DNA of 64,000 nt from an uncultured Eubacteriales bacterium (GTDB lineage Bacteria > Bacillota > Clostridia > Christensenellales > Aristaeellaceae), in the NCBI GenBank assembly GCA_902781945.1, contig CACZLE010000003.1, forward strand, positions 39,637 through 103,636, read 5' to 3'. The notes under the pieces are model-generated. The model was not told the DNA's origin, ran no database searches, and worked only from the letters and a program-made list of their open reading frames with translations. A program made the translations under genes and the position numbers. Position 1 is the first letter of the stretch, and each line of letters begins with the position of its first letter. Below, one piece after another: positions 1-9,379 of this stretch.

Positions 1-93
1 GGTGGTGCGCAGCAGGGCCACGCGGGCCTCGCCGCCGCATACGGTCATGCGCAGCAGGGCGTCGTTTTCATCAAAAGCGGTATTGTTCATCAT
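1..93 (-). CDS. N-terminal end of a gene continuing past the left window edge (possibly Hsp33/HslO-like chaperone)
   Basis: ATGATG at 93-88 overlaps the TGA stop (90-92) of the upstream methyltransferase. The frame stays open to base 1 (MMNNTAFDENDALLRMTVCGGEARVALLRTT). The family guess rests only on a D.L.R...G..RV...TT pattern. Confidence 0.3.
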   Translation of the reverse strand, partial: MMNNTAFDENDALLRMTVCGGEARVALLRTT

Positions 94-845
94 CTATGTT
101 TCTCCTTTGGCCGGATGGCACTCACGTGCCAGCGGGGGCATTTTTCCCCGGGCGCACGCAATGTGCGGTCTCCGTAGAACCGCACGTCCTCAAATCCGGT
201 CTCCTGTAAATATTGGGTCAGTTCCTCCCGGCTGTGGGCCCGCTGGGTCTGATTTTCCTCCAGGCGGGCATAGCTTCCGTCCGGCTGCCGGACGAAGATG
301 GAGAGGCGCATGGACACCGTATGGTCGCGGGGGTTCCATGCGTTCTGCCAGATGTAGGCGATGTCCTCCTCCAGGCTGCCCAGGGTTTGGTCCCCCAGGG
401 TGTTTTGCAGCTTATAGGGGGTGGACAGGTCGAAGATCAGCGCCCCGCCGGGACGGAGGGCCTGATAGGCGGATTTCAGAAAGGCCCGCGCCTGATCGGG
501 CTTGGTCAGATAGTTCAGGCCGTCGCAGGTGCACAGGATGGCGTTTTGCCGCTTGTGCAGCCGCAAGCGGCGCATATCCTGGCGCACGAAGGGGATCTGC
601 ATCCCCGCGTCCCGGGCCTTGCCCAGGGCCACGGACAGCATGTCCTGGCTGAGGTCCACCCCCGTCATCTGATAGCCCAGAAGCCTGAGCGGTATGGTCA
701 GGCTGCCCGTGCCGCAGGCGCATTCGCATACGGGGCCGCCTTCGACGCCGCATTTGCGCAGCAGATGGGCGTAATATTCCGCCCAGCCTGCGTAATCCAC
801 GTTTTGCATCAGCCGGTCATAGACCGCCGCGAAGGCCGTGTACAT
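90..845 (-). CDS. class I SAM-dependent methyltransferase
   Basis: 251-aa ORF with N-terminal AAVYDRLM..DY..W, a glycine-rich SAM loop (CECACGTGSLT) and an acidic loop (GVDLSQDML), typical of UbiE/SmtA-like methyltransferases. Confidence 0.85.
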   Translation of the reverse strand: MYTAFAAVYDRLMQNVDYAGWAEYYAHLLRKCGVEGGPVCECACGTGSLTIPLRLLGYQMTGVDLSQDMLSVALGKARDAGMQIPFVRQDMRRLRLHKRQNAILCTCDGLNYLTKPDQARAFLKSAYQALRPGGALIFDLSTPYKLQNTLGDQTLGSLEEDIAYIWQNAWNPRDHTVSMRLSIFVRQPDGSYARLEENQTQRAHSREELTQYLQETGFEDVRFYGDRTLRAPGEKCPRWHVSAIRPKEKHR

Positions 846-851
846 GGGTTT

Positions 852-1007
852 TCAGCGTTCCTTTCTTCGCCGCATGGCGGCAACCATCCCGCCCACGCGG
901 CCCGTTTCCTGGGCGCTCAGCCCGGCCCAGCCCACGCGCAGCAGCTTGTCGGTGAGGCCCAACTGGGCGGCGGCGCGATATTTCAGTTCCATTTCTTCCT
1001 TGTTCAT
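852..1007 (-). CDS. small acid-soluble spore protein, alpha/beta type (51 aa)
   Basis: Absent from the ORF track because it is under 60 aa. GGAGGTGA sits 6 nt upstream of the ATG at 1007. Protein MNKEEMELKYRAAAQLGLTDKLLRVGWAGLSAQETGRVGGMVAAMRRRKER carries the clostridial SASP core (LK.E.A..LGLTDK...VGW..L...E.GR.GG.MV). Confidence 0.8.
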   Translation of the reverse strand: MNKEEMELKYRAAAQLGLTDKLLRVGWAGLSAQETGRVGGMVAAMRRRKER

Positions 1008-1053
1008 GTGCGGTCACCTCCGCCCATAGCATGCGCGGAGAGGCGCGTGTTTA

Positions 1054-2073
1054 TCAGGCCTGGATGTCGTCCGTGGGCTCGTCTTCCTCGGTGAAGTCCT
1101 CGTCCTCCTCCTTGGCCAGGCCGCGGTTGACCACCGCGCCCTCGATGCGGCTGTTGATGAAGCGGTCAAACACGCCGTTGGTAAAGGAGGCGTGGACGAA
1201 CCGGGTGAAGGCGAAGCCGATGACGATGTAATACAGGCCCAGGCCCAGCATGGCGTACACCCACTGGCCCAGGAACAGCGTCACCGCCGTGGCGATCAGG
1301 GCGGGGATCAGGGTGGCCAGGCGCACGCCCACGGTCATGGGCAGCCGGGCCACGGCCAGCATCAGGCCGTTTTTGATCAGCTGGCGGAAGGTGAGCTGGT
1401 AGCTGACCATCAGGGGATACATGAACACGAGGCCCAGATACCAAATGAGCCCCAGGCCCAGCGTCAGCATCTGCGGCACCATGAACAGGGGGTTTTTGCC
1501 CATCATCTGGCCGTAGAAGCGATAGCACACAAAGAGGATGAAGGGCAGGATGGCCGTGATGGCGGAGACACCCAGGGCCTGCTTCCAGTTTTCCTTGGCC
1601 GCGTCCTTAAAGTCGCCCCAGGCGAAGGCGTGCTCGTCCCGGGCCCAGTTGCGGGTCACGTAGGCCATGCCCGCCTGCACGGGACCGGTGATCAGGATGC
1701 AGGGGATGAGCAGCAGCAGGGACATCTGCACGATGCCCTCCACCGGGGCGCTGCTGGCGGGAACAAGCACGTTGCCGGCGTCGTCCACCTGCTCCGCGTA
1801 CACAAAGACGGAATAGGCGTTGCCGTTTTCGTCCTCCACCCGCTGAATGTCGCTGGCGGAGGCCACGGCGTTGATCAATATGACCAGCACGATCATGGTG
1901 GGGATCCAGGCCGCGAATACCGTCAGATTCAAACGGCAGATGCCCGACAGGCGCACCCGCAGCATTTCCCAGAAAAGCTGCCAGCGGTTCTTGGGCAGAT
2001 CCTCCTTGCGGTAGTCGCCCTTGCCGCTCTTGCCGTAATAATAGCTGTTCATCAAACGAGAAAACATAGTCAT
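1054..2073 (-). CDS. multi-pass membrane protein, YesL/DUF624-like, with acidic C-terminal tail
   Basis: 339-aa ORF with N-terminal NRWQLFWEMLRVRL..NLTV, typical of the YesL family. It has several hydrophobic helices and the tail EEDEDFTEEDEPTDDIQA. Confidence 0.6.
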   Translation of the reverse strand: MTMFSRLMNSYYYGKSGKGDYRKEDLPKNRWQLFWEMLRVRLSGICRLNLTVFAAWIPTMIVLVILINAVASASDIQRVEDENGNAYSVFVYAEQVDDAGNVLVPASSAPVEGIVQMSLLLLIPCILITGPVQAGMAYVTRNWARDEHAFAWGDFKDAAKENWKQALGVSAITAILPFILFVCYRFYGQMMGKNPLFMVPQMLTLGLGLIWYLGLVFMYPLMVSYQLTFRQLIKNGLMLAVARLPMTVGVRLATLIPALIATAVTLFLGQWVYAMLGLGLYYIVIGFAFTRFVHASFTNGVFDRFINSRIEGAVVNRGLAKEEDEDFTEEDEPTDDIQA

Positions 2074-2111
2074 TCTCCTCCGATCAGAGTTTCAGGGCTA
2101 TATTATATCAT

Positions 2112-2165
2112 AAAACAAAATAAAAGAAAATACGTCTCCGCCGGGAAATGGCCCCGGGGAGACGT
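2112..2165 (-). terminator. rho-independent terminator downstream of the UPF0210 gene
   Basis: Hairpin ACGTCTCCGCCGGG / CCCGGGGAGACGT (2132-2165), followed on the minus strand by a T-rich tract (2112-2131). Confidence 0.7.
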
Positions 2166-2194
2166 GTTTGCAAATTGTTCATATTGCAGGTTGT

Positions 2195-3541
2195 TCAGTT
2201 CCGCAGCGCGTTCAGCGGCGCGGGGATGCGCCCGCCCCGGGCGATGAAGTCCTCGCAGCTGTATTTGTTGACGGGCATCACCGGCGCGAAGCCCAGCAGT
2301 CCGCCGAATTCCACCTGGTCGCCCGCCTGCTTGCCGATGGCGGGGATGATGCGCACGGCGGTGGTCTTGCTGTTGATCATGCCGATGGCGGCCTCGTCGG
2401 CGATGATGCCGCTGATGGTGGCGGCGCTGGTGTCCCCGGGCACGGCGATCATATCCAGGCCCACGGAGCACACGCAGGTCATGGCCTCCAGCTTTTCCAG
2501 CGTCAGCGCGCCGCAGCGGGCGGACTCGATCATGCCGATGTCCTCGCTGACGGGGATGAAGGCCCCGCTCAGGCCGCCCACGTGGTTGCTGGCCATGACG
2601 CCGCCCTTTTTCACCGCGTCGTTGAGCAGCGCCAAGGCCGCGGTGGTGCCGGGGGCTCCGGCCATCTCCAGTCCCATTTCCATCAGGATATGGGCCACGC
2701 TGTCGCCCCGGGCCGGGGTGGGGGCCAGGGAAAGGTCCACGATGCCGAAGGGGATGCCCAGCCGCTGGCTGGCCTCCCGGGCCACCAGCTGGCCCACCCG
2801 GGTGATCTTGAAGGCCGTGCGCTTCACCGTCTCCGCCACCACGTCAAAGGGCGCGCCCTTGATGGATTCCAGGGCGGTCTTGACCACGCCGGGGCCGGAA
2901 ATGCCCACGTTGATGGCGCATTCCGGCTCGCCCACGCCGCAGAAGGCCCCCGCCATAAAGGGATTGTCCTCCACCGCGTTGGCGAACACCACCAGCTTGG
3001 CGCAGCCCAATCCGTCCTGGTCCGCCGTCAGCTCGGCGGTTTTGCGGATGATTTGCCCCATTTCCCGCACGGCGTTCATGTTGATGCCCGCCTTGGTGGA
3101 GGCTACGTTGACCGAGCTGCACAGCCGCTCGGTGGTACTGAGCACCTCCGGGATGGAGCTTAGCAGCCGTTCATCGGCAGCAGTTGCGCCCTTTTGCATC
3201 AGCGCGGAATAACCGCCCAGGAAGTTGACGCCCATCTCCTTGGCCGCCCGGTCCAGATATCGGGCGATGAGCCGGGGATCGCCCTGGCAGATCAGGCTCA
3301 CCGGCGTCACGGAAATGCGCTTGTTCACGATGGGGATGCCCAGCTCCCGCTCGATCTCCTCGCCGGTTTTCACCAGGTCTTTCGCCGTGCGGCAGATCTT
3401 TTCATAGGCCCGCCGCCCGGTCTCCTCGGGGTCGCGGTCGGCGCAGTCCAGCAGGTTGATCCCCAGCGTGATGGTGCGGATATCAAAATTCTCCTCCTGG
3501 ATCATGCGCAGGGTTTGCAGTATTTCACCGGTTTCTATCAT
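2195..3541 (-). CDS. UPF0210 / DUF711 family protein (function unknown)
   Basis: 448-aa ORF starting [33 protein letters not shown], the characteristic N-terminus of the UPF0210 family. It lies immediately downstream of its usual ACT-domain partner. Confidence 0.85.
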   Translation of the reverse strand: MIETGEILQTLRMIQEENFDIRTITLGINLLDCADRDPEETGRRAYEKICRTAKDLVKTGEEIERELGIPIVNKRISVTPVSLICQGDPRLIARYLDRAAKEMGVNFLGGYSALMQKGATAADERLLSSIPEVLSTTERLCSSVNVASTKAGINMNAVREMGQIIRKTAELTADQDGLGCAKLVVFANAVEDNPFMAGAFCGVGEPECAINVGISGPGVVKTALESIKGAPFDVVAETVKRTAFKITRVGQLVAREASQRLGIPFGIVDLSLAPTPARGDSVAHILMEMGLEMAGAPGTTAALALLNDAVKKGGVMASNHVGGLSGAFIPVSEDIGMIESARCGALTLEKLEAMTCVCSVGLDMIAVPGDTSAATISGIIADEAAIGMINSKTTAVRIIPAIGKQAGDQVEFGGLLGFAPVMPVNKYSCEDFIARGGRIPAPLNALRN

Positions 3542-3553
3542 GGCTTTTTCCCC

Positions 3554-3826
3554 TTATATCCTGTGCATGGCGTCGAAAATATCCATCCGCTGCATGTGGA
3601 TGGTCATGTTCATCTCGTCCCGGATGGGCTGCAAGGCCTCGTCGATCTCGCTGAAGGTCTTGTGGGCGCCGTCCAGGTCCACGATCATCATCATGGTGAA
3701 GTAGCCGCCCAGGATGGTCTGGGTGATATCCAGGATATTGATGTTCATTTCGTACAGCCTGGTGGACACCCGGGCGATGATGCCGGTGGCGTCCAGGCCG
3801 GTGACGGAAATCAGGGCTTTGGTCAT
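3554..3826 (-). CDS. ACT domain protein, UPF0237 family
   Basis: 90 aa from MTKALISVTGLDATGIIARVSTRLYEMNINILDITQT (ACT fold signature). Conserved partner of UPF0210. I chose the internal ATG because the longer ORF start adds a non-homologous extension. Confidence 0.85.
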   Translation of the reverse strand: MTKALISVTGLDATGIIARVSTRLYEMNINILDITQTILGGYFTMMMIVDLDGAHKTFSEIDEALQPIRDEMNMTIHMQRMDIFDAMHRI

Positions 3827-3956
3827 GGTTTTCACGCTCCTTCGATAGAAAATATTATACCTGTTTCCGACCAAATTGCAACCGGGAATGCAGGCTTGTT
3901 TTGTTTATAAACTGTGCTATCATGTTCGGACATCCAACAAAGGAGGATTGTGAACC

Positions 3957-4643
3957 ATGAAAAAGTATCTTGCGGAATGCATCGGCGCCATGACGCTGGT
4001 GGTGCTGGGCTGCGGCACCGCCATGCTGGTGGGCTGCGACGCCGTGAACGGCGGCGGCTATATCCTGACCGCCCTGGCCTTCGGCCTGACCATCGTGGCC
4101 ATGGCCTACTCCATCGGCAACGTTTCCGGCTGCCACATCAACCCCGCCGTGTCCCTGGCCATGCTGATCCGGGGCGACCTGAGCGTGAAGGACTTTATCG
4201 GCTATGTCATCTCCCAGTGCGCGGGCGCGCTGATCGGCGCGGGTCTGCTGAACCTCATCTTTAAGCTGGGCGGCGTCAGCGACATGACCGGCGGCCTGGG
4301 CTCCAACGGCCTTTCCGGCGTGGGCGGCAATGCCCTGGCCGGCCTGCTGGTGGAGATCGTGCTCACCTATATCTTCGTCACCGCCATCCTGGGCGTCACC
4401 AGCAAGAAGGCCAATCACGGCTCCTTCGCGGGCCTGGTCATCGGCCTCACCCTGGTGGTGGTGCATATCCTGGGCATCGGCCTCACCGGCACCTCCGTCA
4501 ATCCCGCCCGTTCCTTCGGCCCCGCCCTGGTGGCTGCCCTCAGCGGCAACAGCGAGCCCCTGGCCGCCCTGTGGGTGTTCATCGTGGGCCCCATGATCGG
4601 CTCCGCCCTGGCCGCCTGCGTGTACAAGGCGCTGGAAAAATAA
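3957..4643 (+). CDS. aqpZ: aquaporin / MIP family channel
   Basis: 228 aa with two NPA boxes (HINPAVS and SVNPARS) and six hydrophobic helices. GGAGG lies upstream of the ATG. Confidence 0.9.
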   Translation: MKKYLAECIGAMTLVVLGCGTAMLVGCDAVNGGGYILTALAFGLTIVAMAYSIGNVSGCHINPAVSLAMLIRGDLSVKDFIGYVISQCAGALIGAGLLNLIFKLGGVSDMTGGLGSNGLSGVGGNALAGLLVEIVLTYIFVTAILGVTSKKANHGSFAGLVIGLTLVVVHILGIGLTGTSVNPARSFGPALVAALSGNSEPLAALWVFIVGPMIGSALAACVYKALEK

Positions 4644-4656
4644 GAGGCAATAAGGA

Positions 4657-5155
4657 ACGCGCTTTCTAAAGAAAGCTGTGCAAAGACTTTTGGCGGGCGA
4701 ACAGACTTGAACACACTATCAGGCAATTTCCGCCAGTTTAGCCTATGGGGGACTGCAAAGAGCCGTCTGGGGCCAATGAAAAAGCCAGGAGCCGTCAGAT
4801 TGGAGCAAGCTCCATCTGCCGTCTCCCGGCTTTTTCGGGATTGCTTCGCAATCCTCGGCCTGCTGCGCAGGCCGCCCCCAGACTCGCTTGGCCTGATAAC
4901 CAAACATGGGTGCAGCCCCCGCGACAGAAATGACGTCGGCTTGCCGACGTCAATGCTGCGACAGCAGCATAGCCGCATAAGCAAAAGTGACCGGATCGAG
5001 CTTGCTCGCTTCCGGTCATCTTTTGTGTTGCGGCGTATTTCCGGAGCACGCTCCCCCAAGCCCTATCCAATCAACTGGCGGAAGCATCTAACATCGACAC
5101 CCCAAGCAACATCGCCCGCCAAAAGTCTTTGCACAGCTTTCTTTAGAAAGCGCGT
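4657..5155. repeat. 499-bp non-coding element bounded by perfect 44-bp inverted repeats (MITE-like or structured-RNA-like)
   Basis: 4657-4700 (AACGCGCTTTCTAAAGAAAGCTGTGCAAAGACTTTTGGCGGGCGA) is the exact reverse complement of 5112-5155. A second inverted match, TTCCGCCAGTT, lies about 27 nt inward on both arms. The interior holds at least 5 perfect short hairpins (4839-4853, 4857-4873, 4932-4951, 4953-4970, 4988-5018). No credible ORF. Confidence 0.6.
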
Positions 5156-5170
5156 AACCTCATCCCCTCG

Positions 5171-6616
5171 TCACAGCGCAATGGGCACCGCGTCCGGCTC
5201 GATGGGGCACACGTAGCCCTCGGCGGCACGCTCGGCAAATTCCGCCTTGGCCTGGGACAGCAGCTCGGGATCGGTGAGCAGGTCGATGGCGGTGGCGGCC
5301 AGCACCTTGCCCGCCAGCAGCATGCCCTTGTGGGCCAGGCCGCTCTTGCCGCAGGCCACGATCTGCCAGGAGTGGCCCGGCACGCCCGCGGGCCAGCAGA
5401 CGGTGTTGATCTGGGAGGTGGGCGTCAGCCAGCTCACGTCGCCCACGTCCGTGCTGCCCGGGGTGAAGTTGGTGCCGGAGTACAGGGGCGGGATGAAATC
5501 GTTGATGGCCTTCGTCCCGTTGTCGGACAGGGCCTGGACCTCCTTGCGGATGGCCGGATCGAAGCGCGCGCCGTCGATGCCGCGAATGCCGCTGCCGCCA
5601 TAGGTGGCCTTTAATGCGTTGGCCAGGGCCCAATCCTCGGCGTCATATTCCGGCAGGCCGATCTCGCACAGGTTGCCATAGAGCGCTTTTTCGATGGTGA
5701 AGTTGGGCAGCAGCTCCGCCGTGCCGTCAATGAAGGTGCGCTGGAAGGTGGTGCCCGTCATCAGGGCCGCGCCCTTGGCGATGTCGTCCACCCGGGCCTG
5801 CAGCTTGATGGAATCCGCCACCCGGTTGGCCCGCACCATGTAGAGCACCGAGGCCTTGGCCTGCACCACGTTGGGGGAGACGCCGCCCGCGTCCGTGATG
5901 GCGTAATGGATGCGGCAGTCCTCGGTCATGTGCTCCCGCAGGAATTGCACGCCCACGTTCATCAATTCCACCGCGTCCAGGGCGCTGCGCCCGTTGTAGG
6001 GATCGCCCGCCGCGTGGGCGGCCACGCCGGAAAACTGATACAGCACCTGAATGCAGCTGTTATTGGTGCCCGTGACGGTCTGGTTGGCGTCGCCGGGATG
6101 CCAGCACAGGGCCGCGTCCAGCTTGCGCCACAGGCCCTCCCGGGCCATGTACGCCTTGCCCGCGCCGCCTTCCTCGCCTGGACAGCCGTAATAGATCACC
6201 GTGCCCGGCGCGCCGGAGGTCTCCAGATATTGCTTGACGGCCACCGCCGCCGCCAGGGAGCCCACGCCCAGCAGGTTATGCCCGCAGCCGTGTCCGCTGC
6301 CGCCGGCCTCCACGGGATCGGGGGCGCAGACGCCCGCTTTCTGGCTCAGGCCGGACAGGGCGTCAAATTCGCCCAAAATCCCGATGACGGGACGTCCGCT
6401 GCCAAAGCTGCCGGAAAAGGCGGTTTTGATGCCGCAGAGGTTTTCCTCCACCGTGAAGCCCAGCTCCCGCAGGGTCTGGCAGTAGAGGGATGCGGCGGAG
6501 AATTCCTTCAAGCTCAGTTCCGGTTTTTCCCAGATCTGGTCCGCCAGGGAATGATACAGCGCCGCGCCCTCCTCCACGGAGGCCACGGCGGCTTTTTTCA
6601 ATTGCTCGTTTTTCAT
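5171..6616 (-). CDS. M20 family amidohydrolase (AbgB / aminobenzoyl-glutamate utilisation protein B-like)
   Basis: 481 aa. N-terminus (LADQIWEKPELSLKEF.S...) and the metal-site region GHGCGHNLLG match M20D/AbgB-type peptidases. It is the last gene of the amino-acid ABC operon. Confidence 0.85.
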   Translation of the reverse strand: MKNEQLKKAAVASVEEGAALYHSLADQIWEKPELSLKEFSAASLYCQTLRELGFTVEENLCGIKTAFSGSFGSGRPVIGILGEFDALSGLSQKAGVCAPDPVEAGGSGHGCGHNLLGVGSLAAAVAVKQYLETSGAPGTVIYYGCPGEEGGAGKAYMAREGLWRKLDAALCWHPGDANQTVTGTNNSCIQVLYQFSGVAAHAAGDPYNGRSALDAVELMNVGVQFLREHMTEDCRIHYAITDAGGVSPNVVQAKASVLYMVRANRVADSIKLQARVDDIAKGAALMTGTTFQRTFIDGTAELLPNFTIEKALYGNLCEIGLPEYDAEDWALANALKATYGGSGIRGIDGARFDPAIRKEVQALSDNGTKAINDFIPPLYSGTNFTPGSTDVGDVSWLTPTSQINTVCWPAGVPGHSWQIVACGKSGLAHKGMLLAGKVLAATAIDLLTDPELLSQAKAEFAERAAEGYVCPIEPDAVPIAL

Positions 6617-6618
6617 GT

Positions 6619-7383
6619 TTACAGCACCTTGGACAGGAAGTCCTGCAAGCGGGGATTCTGCGGATGATTGAAAACGGCGTCGGGCGTGCCTTCCTCCAGG
6701 AGCTTGCCGTCGGCCATGAACAGGATGCGGCTGCCCACCTCCCGGGCGAAGCCCATTTCATGGGTCACCACCACCATGGTCATGCCCTCCTGGGCCAGCT
6801 TTTTCATCACGTCCAGCACCTCGCCCACCATTTCGGGGTCCAGGGCGCTGGTGGGCTCGTCAAAGAGCATCACGTCCGGCTCCATGGCCAGGGCGCGCAC
6901 GATGGCCACGCGCTGCTTCTGTCCGCCGGACAGCTGGATGGGATAGGCGTTGGCGCGGTCCGCCAGGCCCACGCGGCCCAGCAGCTCCATGGCCTTTTTG
7001 TCGGCCTCCTCCTGGCTCATGCCCTTCACCTTCACGGGGGCCAGGGTCATGTTCTGCAGGATGGTCTTGTGGGGGAACAGATTGAAGTGCTGGAACACCA
7101 TGCCCATCTTTTCCCGGTGCAGGTCGATGTTCAGCTTTTTGCCGTCCGGGCCCTTTTTCTGGGTGATGTCGGTGCCCTCGAAGATGATGGAGCCGCTGGT
7201 GGGCGTTTCCAGCAGGTTGAGGCTGCGCAGGAAGGTGCTCTTGCCCGAGCCCGAGGGCCCGATGATCACCATCACGTCGCCCTTGTTGATGTCCACGCTC
7301 ACGCCGTCCAGGGCCTTGATGGCATCTCCGTTATAATATTTTTTCAGATCCTTTACCTGGATCAGCTTATCTGATGTCGCCAC
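6619..7383 (-). CDS. amino acid ABC transporter ATP-binding protein (GlnQ-like)
   Basis: Walker [10 protein letters not shown], signature [11 protein letters not shown], Walker [15 protein letters not shown] start at 7383 chosen because AAGGAGG lies 7 nt upstream; the ATG at 7407 sits inside that SD region. Confidence 0.9.
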   Translation of the reverse strand: MATSDKLIQVKDLKKYYNGDAIKALDGVSVDINKGDVMVIIGPSGSGKSTFLRSLNLLETPTSGSIIFEGTDITQKKGPDGKKLNIDLHREKMGMVFQHFNLFPHKTILQNMTLAPVKVKGMSQEEADKKAMELLGRVGLADRANAYPIQLSGGQKQRVAIVRALAMEPDVMLFDEPTSALDPEMVGEVLDVMKKLAQEGMTMVVVTHEMGFAREVGSRILFMADGKLLEEGTPDAVFNHPQNPRLQDFLSKVL

Positions 7384-8056
7384 GGCGAAGCCTCCTTTCA
7401 AAGACACCCAGCAGCTTGGTCAGCACGAAGGTGAGCACAAAATAGATGATGGCCACCATGATCAGCGGCTCGATGGTCAAATAGGTGGCGCCCTTGACCA
7501 CCAGCACCTGGGTCATCAGATCGCCGATGAAGAAGGTGGACGCCAGGGAGGTATCCTTGACGATCATGATGAACTCGTTGCCCAGGGCGGGCAGGATGTT
7601 TTTGATGGCCTGGGGCAGGATGATCTGCGTCATGGTCAGCTTATGGCTCATGCCCAGGCTGCGGGCGGCCTCGGTCTGGCCGATATCCACCGCCTGGATG
7701 CCGGAGCGGATGATCTCGGACACGTAGGCGGCGCTGTTGCACACCAGGGCGATGGCCACGCAGGCGTACTGCTGCTTTTTGAGCAGGGGCACCAGCTGGG
7801 GCAAGGCAAAATAGAACAGATACAATTGCAGCAGCATGGGCGTGCCGCGGATGATCTCGGTGTAGATGCCCGCGATCCAGCGCAGCGGGGCGATCTTGGA
7901 CATGCGCATGAAGGCGATCAGCGCGCCCAGGATGGCGCCCACCGCCACGGTGATGGCGGCCAGCGACAGGGTGTAGCCCATGCCGGTCAGCAGGAACTTG
8001 TCCCAGTATTTGGCAGTCAGCTTGACGATGTTTTGACCGATGGTTGCAAAATTCAT
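7367..8056 (-). CDS. amino acid ABC transporter permease (His/Glu/Gln/Arg/opine family)
   Basis: 229 aa with multiple TM helices and an EAA-type loop ([24 protein letters not shown]). Confidence 0.9.
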   Translation of the reverse strand: MNFATIGQNIVKLTAKYWDKFLLTGMGYTLSLAAITVAVGAILGALIAFMRMSKIAPLRWIAGIYTEIIRGTPMLLQLYLFYFALPQLVPLLKKQQYACVAIALVCNSAAYVSEIIRSGIQAVDIGQTEAARSLGMSHKLTMTQIILPQAIKNILPALGNEFIMIVKDTSLASTFFIGDLMTQVLVVKGATYLTIEPLIMVAIIYFVLTFVLTKLLGVFERRLRRGDIR

Positions 8057-8136
8057 AGAAATCCCCTTACACAGAAGATACGGGGCGTTCCTTGGGGAAC
8101 GCCCCGGCGATCATTGGTTTATGGGAAAGGCCGGGA

Positions 8137-8979
8137 TCACTCCACGGACACTTCCAGCGCGCCCTCGGAAGCGGCCAGCTCCAGCGCGGCGTCGTACCAT
8201 TCGCCGTAGTAACCGGCGGCATAGGCCTTGGCCAGCGCTTCGTTGACGGCGGCCAGCAGGGCGGTTTCGCCCTTGCGCAGCATCACCACGTTGGCTTCGT
8301 ACTCGGCGGCCACCTCAAACTGCCAGTCGCAGATGACCAGGTCGGGATTGTTGGCAATGATCTGCTCGCCGTTGCCCTTGGCCACGGCCAGGGCTTCGAT
8401 GTTGGCGGCCTGCAGCTCCATGACGCCCACGCCGATCTCACCGATGATCTTCAGGTTGGCGCCTGGCAGCTGCTCCTCTACCAGCATCTGCTGCAGGGAG
8501 GCGTTCTGCGCGCCCACGTCCAGGCCGTCGAAGGCCTCGGCGGAGGTATACTTTTCAGCGTCGGCGGCACGGATCAGAAGCACCTGCTCGGTCTCGTTGT
8601 CACCGGCGTAATAATAATCGGAAAGCTCAAAGTTTTCGGCGCGGGATTCGGTCCAGCTGTAACCGGAGATGGACAGGTCCACGGCATCCATGGCCACGGC
8701 GGTCTGGCAGGCGTCAAAGTTCATGGCCTGGATCTCCAGGGCCACGCCCAGTTCACCCGCGATGAACTGCGCCAGGGACACGTCGAAGCCCACATACTGC
8801 TCCTGGCCGGTCTTGGTGGAATCCACAAACTCCATGGGGCTGAAGTCTGGGGACAGGGCCACGGTCAGCACGCCCGCCTTCTTGATATCATCCACCTCGT
8901 CGGCCAGCGCGGGCACGGTCAGAGCGGCGGTGAGCAGCAGCGCCAGAGCGATGCAAACGATCTTTTTCATAGCTTTCAT
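8137..8979 (-). CDS. amino acid ABC transporter substrate-binding protein
   Basis: Signal peptide MKAMKKIVCIALALLLTAAL followed by an SBP_bac_3-like body (GVLTVALSPDFSPMEF...). First gene of the operon. Confidence 0.9.
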   Translation of the reverse strand: MKAMKKIVCIALALLLTAALTVPALADEVDDIKKAGVLTVALSPDFSPMEFVDSTKTGQEQYVGFDVSLAQFIAGELGVALEIQAMNFDACQTAVAMDAVDLSISGYSWTESRAENFELSDYYYAGDNETEQVLLIRAADAEKYTSAEAFDGLDVGAQNASLQQMLVEEQLPGANLKIIGEIGVGVMELQAANIEALAVAKGNGEQIIANNPDLVICDWQFEVAAEYEANVVMLRKGETALLAAVNEALAKAYAAGYYGEWYDAALELAASEGALEVSVE

Positions 8980-9237
8980 TGTCTTGCCCTCCAATGGATC
9001 AAGTTTTATTAACACGCATTATTATACACATGATCCCCCAAAAGTCAAGGGGTATTTTGCAAAAAAGTCAAATAGAATTTTGTATTTATGCACAATGAAT
9101 GTATAACTGCATAACCTGGGGCGATCTGTCCAAAGGATGGCCGCATATCACATGCGCATGCGTCCCGCCCGTTTTGCCGCTAAAAAAGGAGGCTGTGTCA
9201 GTCACAAGCACAGACATGGAAAAAACATGGCAAACTA

Positions 9238-9266
9238 TTGACAAAAAATACAGTTTCTGATATATA
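9238..9266 (+). promoter_or_regulatory. sigmaA-type promoter for the 9380-13541 ABC operon
   Basis: TTGACA (9238-9243), 17-nt spacer, TATATA (9261-9266). A leader of about 110 nt with two GC hairpins follows. Confidence 0.5.
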
Positions 9267-9379
9267 TTGATATGGATTCATAGGCTCCGGCGCCGATGCC
9301 GGAATAAAAATCGTGTCTTGCGCCGCGTTTCCGCGCGGCGGGGCAAATATATCTCATCTTCACAAGGAGGCATTCCTGT

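Noticed and set aside
817-1032. 63-aa and 71-aa ORFs from the track in the gap between the methyltransferase and the YesL-like gene.
   Set aside because: Both have Arg/Gly/Pro-rich nonsense translations and no SD. The third frame on the minus strand encodes the SASP (852-1007), which explains the gap.
1054-2073. The YesL-like gene as part of a sugar ABC system or as something novel because of its size and acidic tail.
   Set aside because: No adjacent ABC or regulator genes support a system. Loop insertions and charged tails are common in this family. There is not enough evidence for more than a membrane-protein call.
4707-5216. 169-aa plus-strand ORF and 214-aa/91-aa minus-strand ORFs inside the inverted-repeat-bounded element.
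   Set aside because: None has an SD. The composition is Arg/Ser/Pro-rich nonsense. The ORFs run through the inverted repeats and into the neighbouring amidohydrolase gene. The region is better explained as non-coding.
9267-9379. Possible riboswitch (TPP, guanidine, fluoride, NiCo etc.) in the leader of the FbpABC-type operon.
   Set aside because: I looked for the hallmark strings (CUGAGA/ACCUGAUCUGGAUAAUGCCAGCG for TPP, ACGR loops for guanidine-II, the crcB core) and found none. Only two generic GC hairpins are present.
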